A DNA stretch of 58,441 bases, filler included, from Sphacelaria rigidula (lineage: Eukaryota): NCBI GenBank assembly GCA_964200075.2. It is 5 parts of 5 records of this genome, joined end to end, with 100 filler letters (N's around TTAATTAATTAA, not from the genome) between each part and the next. Parts side by side here need not be neighbours in the genome. Positions count along the whole stretch, not along the records: positions 46,834 to 58,441 come from CAXNAA020004714.1; 4 more parts are not named here. One strand, 5' to 3'. The notes under the pieces are model-generated. The model was not told the DNA's origin. It worked only from the letters and a program-made list of their open reading frames with translations, and ran no database searches. Made by a program: the position numbers and the translations under genes. Positions 50,523 through 58,441 of the stretch are shown here, piece after piece; within the stretch, counting starts at the first letter, position 1, and every line of letters begins with the position of its first letter.

Positions 50523-52305
50523 CTAGGGGACTACGGGAAGGTAGTCTTTGGTGTCGACCTCGTACCCCCTCCAAATGGTCACGAGCGGCATTGACTGGGA
50601 AAAAATACTTCTGGGGAGAGGATCGGCAGCATCACCGCTTGTCGTAGACCCAACGCAAAGGGCAGGATGGTCACTATTTCCGTCATGAAGTGAAAAACTA
50701 TCGCTGACAAGGGACGGTTGGCCGTGGGGGTCACCTGCAGGCAATCACGCAGAACGGTTACTGCCGATTGATGATGTGATGGCGAGTAGGGAATATTTTA
50801 CTGCTACTCGTACGGCGACTTTGTTTGTGGCCACGCATCTACACGTGCTTCACGTATCCGCCTCTGTGAATTTAGTGAGATGAGACGTGGTGCACACCAT
50901 GGCAGAAGACGTCCCCCCATGCCCCACGTATTTGATGTGCGGTGTTGATGGAGCAGTGGGAGCTCTTGTCGATAATCCATCGTGTACCCTCAGGAGTGCT
51001 GTGCTCGTGTCTGTGAGTATATACACATGTCCACCAACTTGTTGTGTTTTGTGCAGGTAAGTTGCGCCCCCTAGCTTCATTCGTAGGCTGCTTTTTACGA
51101 AGCGGGTTTGTTTGATTCAAGTCCTGTGACAATAATAGTTCAATCAAGGCGTCGGAAGTTGAAATATATGTATGTATTGGCGCCGGGGGGGGTGGGGTGG
51201 TTTCCATCGAGTGATGTACGGCTAAGTCCATAGGGTTATTTTCCAGCATCTCGGGGCGCACCATTCGGCAGAGATCACCCCACAACCATACCTCCTTTCA
51301 AACTTGGACAGAAGATGCCGTATCCTGCCATGCCATCGTGAAAAGCTGCGTGGTTGGAGCTGGGGATGAATTGCGAAGTATCTGCGTTGAGCCGGTCGGC
51401 AGCAGGAGAACTCACCCGCATATCAATAAGCAGCACGCTTGCCGCCGAACCCGCTCATATGTTTATCCCCCTGGTGTCATGGGACTCCTTGCATTATTCG
51501 TGTATCGACAAAGGGAAGCACAAGGCGCATGTGTTCATGCAGGGATGCATGGATATGAAACCACCTGAAAAGGGGTATGGTGTCTCCGGAAACCTCAACG
51601 CGTGGGAATTCCAGACCTCACAACATGTCCTCACGGTAACGCTGTTCGGGATCGTTGCGTCCGGGATTTTTCATTCGATACATCAGTTCATGTGTAACAA
51701 ACGTTGGAACAAACAGGCGAGAGAGGCCTACTGGAGTCACCTTTTTAAAGGGGCGATAACTGTTTTGTTTGATCGAGCGCGGGCCGGCCGGCCGAGCCCA
51801 TCACGTTGTTGTTGTCCGCGATCGAAGAGGTGCGGAGATGGTGCCGAAGCAAGACTTTCCCAGGTCCTATTTGTGGTCCAAATGTTTTCACCTCGAACCC
51901 CCCCCCCCCCCGACCCTTTGACTCATGTAACCGTCGAGTCTCGATCTTACTCGAACACGTCTGATATGCTGGTTGTGGCTCCGATCCCTCGAGAGAGATC
52001 AAACCACGATGAATGGTTTCGCAAGACTGCACGGCACAAACGACGCTAGAACAAGCACACCTGGTCCAACTCGGTAGTATTTCTGGTGGAGCTAGGCTTT
52101 CTATCGGTGGATGTGCGCGCGTTCTATCGCGGGTATCTGTGGGCAACTCTGCGTCCCATGAAATCACGTTAGGCACACGTTTGAGATCATCATGCGAGCT
52201 GTTTTCACCGCGTCTTCGATTGAAGCGCTCATCTTCCGATTTAAAGCGAGGGCTGGGATTTTGATTTTTCTCGATATTCGAAATACAGATGCACTTCTGC
52301 GGTGG
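50523..52305 (-). pseudogene. Probable decayed multi-exon gene of unknown function
   Basis: Exon-like blocks ~52305-52061, 51759-51565, ~51295-51221, ~50988-50898 and 50734-50523 have splice-like boundaries. The first two join in phase 2 (WT-S-YRPFKKVTP...). There is an in-frame TGA at 51618-51620, stops upstream of 52305, and a phase mismatch at the next junction. Confidence 0.3.
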
Positions 52306-52585
52306 CTAGGCCATTTTCGTCGGGGTGCGTGTTGCTTGTCCTTGCGATTTTTTCATGGAAAAATCGATTGGTACAATGCGCGGTGGATTTTGTTTTCTGT
52401 GTTACCGTGCCGTCTTGCCACATCACACTGAGCTGCATCCTTGTTGTCCACGCGAGTAATGATCAAATTATCGTCCTCACAATTCAGCGAAGGCTACCTG
52501 GACGTTCCTCACCTGTTGCGAAAACTGGCAAGGAGTCCCGTGAAACAGAAATGCGGCAAGGGGGGGAACACTTATATAACAACGA

Positions 52586-53127
52586 CAAGTGCAGATCGTG
52601 TAGGGTATGTGCTTTTGAATACTCGAGTGCAGTACCGGGTATATACTCTACGAGTACCCAAGTTTTGGGTAGATTGGGTACGGCCTCAAATACTCCACCC
52701 AAGTTTTGGGTAGAATGGGTATGATCTCAATACTCTATTAATACCCAAATATTGAGTAAACGCTCTCGGCAATACCTGGGTATTGTAGAGAATCACTCGG
52801 TCATGACCTCAATACTCTACCCAAAATTTGTTCAATTTGAGTATGATTTTTTCACTCAATCCAAACTGTGGGTAGTTTGGGAAAGACCTCTGACACTCTA
52901 CCCAAATTTGGATAAGCACTCTTAGCAATACATGGGTATAGAGTATCACATGGGTATGACCTCAATACTTCACCCAAAAATTGGGCAAGTTCAGTATAAC
53001 TTTTATTGTCTACTCGGATTTGGGGTAAATTGGGTACGATTTCAATACTCTACCCAAATGTTTGGGTACAAAAGGTATGACTTTCGAAATACCGGGTATC
53101 GGGTATACCCTACCCGATCTGCCCTTG
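52586..53127. mobile_element. hAT-type non-autonomous element with internal ACTCTACCCAAA/TTTGGGTA subrepeats
   Basis: TIRs CAAGTGCAGATCGTGTAGGGTAT / ATACCCTACCCGATCTGCCCTTG are related to the 8503-8701 TIR. The flanking 8-mers AACAACGA and GATAATGA differ only by transitions, consistent with a decayed TSD. Confidence 0.7.
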
Positions 53128-53747
53128 GATAATGATACCCTGAATGGCGGTCGGGCTCACACTATCATTGTGTCTGGTTGCTTGGTCTGACCGTACCGCC
53201 GTCCCTGAACATTTGTATTCCCCGGCCCATTCCCGTCAATCACCTTTCTTAGCCATACCTTAATTCTGCCCTAATCTCAAGTGAGAATACGTGTGAACTG
53301 CTCAAGCGTTGTAGCTAGCAGTAGTGCTCAGGATCGAAATCGGACTGTCCAACCGTGATGAATAGTGATTCGTCTCAAGGTATCAATCGAGACCAAAGAA
53401 GACATCGCATATAACTGCTCTCGAGATAGAAGGCTTGGCATGGCGCAACCAAGCCACCACGGACCTTCAACGCGAGTACACCTTACATATTGCCCAGTAG
53501 AGTACACGACATAGCTGCAGGCAGGTAGCCATAGCATAACAGTTAGCACGTGTGATTGCAATGTGCTCAGATATAGAACATGACCAGACCTCTGAGGGAC
53601 TACTGTCAATAACAACAATTAATTCTCTACCAACGAAGGGAGGAGTAAATCTAGAGAAAACGAGGATACCTCTGAATGGTGACGATTCCTACAACATTTT
53701 GTAGAGGATTCAAGACCCGTTTCACATTACAGTCGACCCCACTCTAA

Positions 53748-53848
53748 CCCTTAGACCGCGGTGCGGGTAATCCATCTGGATCACTCATACTTTCAAGTAA
53801 ATGTATTGATGCTGATTCAGCAGGTGACCTACCCTCGCTGTCTAAGGG
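53748..53848. mobile_element. ~100-bp piggyBac-type MITE
   Basis: CTAA-CCCTTAGACCGCGG ... CGCTGTCTAAGGG-TTAA. A homologous copy lies at 36726-36831. Confidence 0.7.
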
Positions 53849-56800
53849 TTAAGGACACACACATATAATATATATATGTATATATTTCAAGGTATCCTTA
53901 TCGCGCGGGGGAATGTCATTACGATTCAGGGGACCTAATTCACCATCCCCCGGTGTTGATGGAGGTATGATATCGATCAAATTAAGCGTCTTGGAGGGAG
54001 GGGCATCAATGGCACAAGAGAAAAGGCAGGCATACTATTGGGCATATCGTGTTATTATGTTGCTGAATGTAATGAATTTTGTAACGAAGATGTTTTGTTG
54101 GTTTATTTTACCTTCGTGAATATATGTGGCTGTTGCAGAACTTTTGTCTATACTTCTCATCAGTCTGCACAAATATGACTCCTTTGTGTTTGTCTCATAC
54201 TATTGTAGTGCACTTCAGACAGGCGCTTGCCTCGGCGACGACGTGTAGTTAAATACTGCAGGAGTTCACAACAAAATCTACGAACACTGCGACTCCTTCT
54301 ATCGCGAAGAGTTGCCTGCGTCTCCCCCCCCTTCTGAGCCCCACGCTTGACCTGAGTTTCATGAGTGAACGAATGTACAACTTTCGAAAGTATGGCACAG
54401 AGTTTCGCGGTACTCTCCACCCTTCCCTTGTGCGTACAAGTAGGAGCGAACCTCCCCTAGCCAAGAGCGGACGTCGGCCTCAGTGAGCGAAGAACTTGTT
54501 TGTTTATATGATCTGCGGGGAACTTTGCTTTAAAAAAAAATAGTGTCTTTAAAGCGGGGAGTGACAAGTGTCTGTCCTCAGTTTTGGTGTCCTTAGGGGT
54601 CGACTGTTTGCAGTCTGCCTTCGGACTTCGGACCCTTTGTCCGCCGAGATGAGTCATCTGGGTTTTCAACCAATCTGTCAAGTGAAAATGATGAAGATTC
54701 GGCGAATAACGTAACCTCACGGTTTAAGACTTAATGGAGGTATTAGTCTGACGTGTGAGTCGACTGCATCCATGTCTGTGTGTATCCCTCATTTCTCCGC
54801 ACCGCCCCCCTCGCTCGCCGACCGTCACCTATTCCTCCGCGCTTCTCGGGCACACTCGCCGACGGTATTACGCTTCGCGTTGTTGCGCCATCGCTGCCTC
54901 TGCTCTGGACCGCGCTGTTCTCAGACTCTCCACGTTCTCCCATTTGCCCAAGGTGAGTGTCATCGCTGGTACATACTACAGCATGTGGCGCAAGATAAAG
55001 CAACTCGAAAGGACACCGGCGCCGCGTTTTGCAGCTTCAAATTTCAAAGTGCACTCGAAGTCTTTCGTCACTGAAGTTTATCGCCTAAGGAAGTGTTAGC
55101 TTTACCTGCGCTGCTATCCAGCAGAAAGCGCACACTACGTTATTGCGAGAGCACAGTACCTAGGTAGGTGCAAACTGTGCGACTTACGTATACAGAGGTA
55201 AAATACGAAGAAACTCAGAGGTTCGGAGTTGGGTGTTGTTGGATGCATCGGCGTTTGTTAGCATGGTACCTCCTGATTGCGCCGCGCAGTTTCGGTGTTC
55301 TCGTAGGTGGATGGGCCTCCGGTCTACCCAAACAGCATTTGCCATAGCCTGCGTAACTGAACCGTCGATACGTGCCAATGCTTGCAGGCTAAACGTGATG
55401 GTGTAGACGAGGGGTCTTCGAAGACCATGCTTCCGGTTGTGACCGGAGAGGGAGATACCTGCAGTCAAAGCAGCGATGACGCGGTAGGTTAAGATGGGCG
55501 AATATATTGTACAGTGTATGCCGTTCTGTGCAATAGGTAACCGAGTAGACCTATACTCAACACCCACTATTGCAATGACAAGTTGTCATCTTGTTTTTCT
55601 GCAATGAAGGAAGACGTTGCTTGCTTGAATGTTTCCATCTTATCGAAATATTGTCGAGTTACGTTGTGGCGATCTTTGTGTGATTGACGTGACCTTTCAC
55701 AGTACAGTAACGAGGCCAACTGCCATATGGGTCATCCCGAGATGCAAATCGGGAACCCTGGGCTCTTGACGGTACTGACCGTTGTAGACCAAGGGGTGTA
55801 CCTGAACACATTACAATGCACAAACGCAGCACCGAGTGAACTGTGGGCCTGATGCGCGCTTGAAGCAATCAAATAAACGCATTGTGCACCGCGTGTCTTG
55901 TACACCTCTGTGGCGTGCCTTGGAGACAAGCTTTACCCGCACCTGTTTTGACGGGTCGGACAAGTTTGATTGTAGCAGAAGACGTGCGGCGCACGTGATG
56001 AGCGCAGCTAAGGTTGTACCAAACACACCATTGCATGCTGTTAGGAATAATATAGTGACGTCTCAAAGTCCAAATTCTCTCGAGGGTGAGATTGACGAAG
56101 AAAACGCTACGGAGGATTCCTGGACTCCACAATCAGCACATACTGATTACGACAGGAGTGGCGATGAGAGCAGTGTTCAGAGATGAGAGAAATTGACAAT
56201 ACTATCGAAGTCGCACCCAGCGGGAGTGCAGTGGCCGAAACAAATGCATCCAAACGAACACATTCACGCCACCATGTTTTTGTACAATACTGCGGCGTTC
56301 GTATGACTCACACACACGTCCATAGCGACGCGCAGAATTGCTTATAAATTGTTTCGAATAAGCCGATTACTTTAGACGTGTCCGAGAGTGCTCCAATCGT
56401 TATGGCGGTACCAGGCTGTAACAACACTGCCTCTCCCACTTCAAGGATTGAACTATAGAAACAAACTCCCTGCAAAATACTTGTATAAAATCATTTCGGA
56501 TCGTGCCCCAACGCGAACGCTTGTGTGAGCTGAAGCGGGTGTCCAATATTATTCTTCAGAAAATATTCCTACAGATTGACGTGAAAGTTTGACACCTGAT
56601 ACAATTCGACTTGGTAGTTGACCTCCTGCCCATACTGTTTGTTTATCATCCGCTTCTGCATTTGACCCCTCAAGCGCCAGCTCTCCTTCGGAACGATGGC
56701 AGCGGTTGATCTTCAATTTCTCCAACACTAACGCAGAGTAGCTCTTCTCCGTTTGCGAAGCCCCCCCCCCCCCAGTGGCAACGTACCACAAACCATAACC

Positions 56801-57384
56801 TACGTTTGCTACTTACCTGTATAACTTGTTTTCACACGCATCCCATAGTTAATAGTCCTGGGTCGATTTGTGGCATTTAGCGCCCAAGAGGCGAAGCGTT
56901 TGGCTTTACGGTAGAATGTTACCTTTTGCAGTTTGCGAGCTACGTGCGAGCGTTGTGGTGGGAACTGTGCTGCTTCCGACCCAACTAAGACCAACCATTG
57001 TGACCACTGCAAATCTCCATACCAAACTTGAGGTAAGTTCCGCATTCTCGGGTTTCAATAGGACACACATACGCGTACACCTTTTACGGGTGTGTGACGC
57101 GGGGAGCAGTCCGAGTTGGCAGCCGCTACTGTAGGTATTTGGTGTGGGATGGTTGCTGTTGAAGTCCCTGTGGCGAGGGCGTGTTAACTGACGGCTATGC
57201 CGAAGATACACCGACAGCGAAATATGTACAAAGTGTGTGTGCTGGATGTACCTAGCTTGCTGTCACAGAGGGCGCAGCAAATGCTTTTCTTGTGGATTTG
57301 CTCAGCAGTCGATGAAAAGACGGCACAGTGCGCATCATGCTGTGTCTTGCTTCGGTCTCCATCGAAAGGTTGCTCCTCCTAGTA

Positions 57385-58425
57385 CAGTGGTGGGCGGTCG
57401 AACTATTCATTTCGTGGTATTGTATGTTTTTTTCGTAATTGGCGATTATCTCGGGCTCTTTTCGCTTGCCACCGTTTATCACATTGGGGATCTGAAGATA
57501 TTTGCATCCGCTCCACGTTTCGAGGGAAAAATTATCTGTACTCAATATTCAGTGACTCACGGGCTGACCGATCATCGAGGGTCCTGTCACGTTTCGGCCT
57601 AGATTCTCACTCTTCGGTATTTTAGGTCGATCGAGCCTGTGTCGATAATGTTTGTGCAGAGATGTGCAGTTTTATTTTTTTCGAAATTTTACCTACTCAT
57701 TGCACCAGAACCGAAAAACTGTGTTTCTCGGTCAATAATACCCTCCTGATAAACGGGGCATTTACTCGTATCGCCCGATAACACCAACGAGCATTGACTT
57801 GGGCACTGTGTCTCGAAGATGATCTGTTTATTGTACCAAAATCTACCGACGCTACAGTAGTGAGCGGTCTAACTATTCATTTTGAGGCATTATGTGATTT
57901 CTTTGTAATCGGCGATTATCTTGGGCTCTTTTTGCTTGCGACCGCTCATCACATTGGGGATCCGAAGATGTTCGTATCCGCTCGACATTCCAAGGAAAAA
58001 AATCATCTGTACTCAATATTGAGTGACTTACGGGCTGACCGGTCATGGGGGGTCCTGCGACGTTTCAGCCCAGATTCTTACTCTTCGATATTTTCGGTCG
58101 ATCGATCCTGTCCCGATCATATTTCTAAATAAATGTAAAGTTTTATTTTTTCGAAATTCTGCCTACTCATCGCACTAGAGCCAAAAAACTTTGTTTCACG
58201 GTCAATAACACCCTCCTGATGAACGGGGTTCTTGCTCGTTTCGCCCGATAACACCAACTAGCACTGACTTGGGCACTGTGTTTGAGGATGATCTGTTCGT
58301 TGTACCAAAACCTACCGATGCAAGTAATTTCGATTTCTATCGAAGAGCAGTACGCGAGGGAAACCCCAAAACCCCGCTGAATAGTTAGACCGCCCACTAC
58401 TGTAGCAATTTCGAGTTCTATCGAA
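57385..58425. mobile_element. Outer copy of the same MITE family, interrupted by a nested copy; right end missing
   Basis: Starts TA-CAGTGGTGGGCGGTCGAACTATTCA and runs to ...CTACCGACGCTA (57854). It resumes GCAATTTCGAGTTCTATCGAAG at 58405, collinear with the 27158-27699 copy. Confidence 0.8.
57855..58402. mobile_element. Complete nested MITE copy with TA target duplication
   Basis: TA-CAGTAGTGAGCGGTCTAACTATTCA ... TGAATAGTTAGACCGCCCACTACTG-TA. Confidence 0.88.
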
Positions 58426-58441
58426 GGAATGCTACGGTAGG

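Noticed and set aside
50071..50574. Poly-Asp, poly-Met, poly-Ile and poly-Ser ORFs
   Set aside because: All are frames of one (GAT)n microsatellite, and none has independent support as a gene.
51618..51620. Selenocysteine codon
   Set aside because: No redox (CxxU-type) context or recognisable selenoprotein family, and other disruptions nearby point to decay.
51354..52049. 231-aa plus-strand ORF
   Set aside because: Non-ATG start, no motif, and it runs through a poly-C tract. Splice signals in this area favour the minus strand.

Overview
This is intron-rich, transposon-rich eukaryotic DNA. Exon/intron style, A/C-rich acceptors and LINE tails suggest a brown alga (Phaeophyceae); that assignment is inference. 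The window is not one locus. It is five pieces (1-11609, 11710-23317, 23418-35025, 35126-46733, 46834-58441; 11,609 bp for the first, 11,608 bp for the others) joined by identical 100-bp spacers (N44-TTAATTAATTAA-N44), most likely contigs sorted by length and concatenated. Splice-phase-consistent gene models could be read for four genes: (1) a class I SAM-dependent methyltransferase (minus strand, 5' end missing, one GC-AG intron); (2) a multi-IQ-motif basic protein (plus strand, partial); (3) a pyrimidine 5'-nucleotidase (NT5C3/P5N-1)-like HAD protein whose catalytic Asp motif is altered (minus strand, 3' truncated); (4) a Gly/Gln-rich low-complexity protein (plus strand, partial). A probably decayed multi-exon gene lies in the last piece. 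Introns and intergenic DNA hold degenerate LINEs, TA-target Tc1/mariner-type elements and MITEs (one nested in its own family, one with a triplicated end/flank junction), hAT and piggyBac MITEs, and palindromic/foldback elements. I found no CRISPR array, rRNA, intact tRNA or multi-gene novel system. The most notable items are the candidate pseudo-nucleotidase, two matching GC donors, and the transposon architectures.
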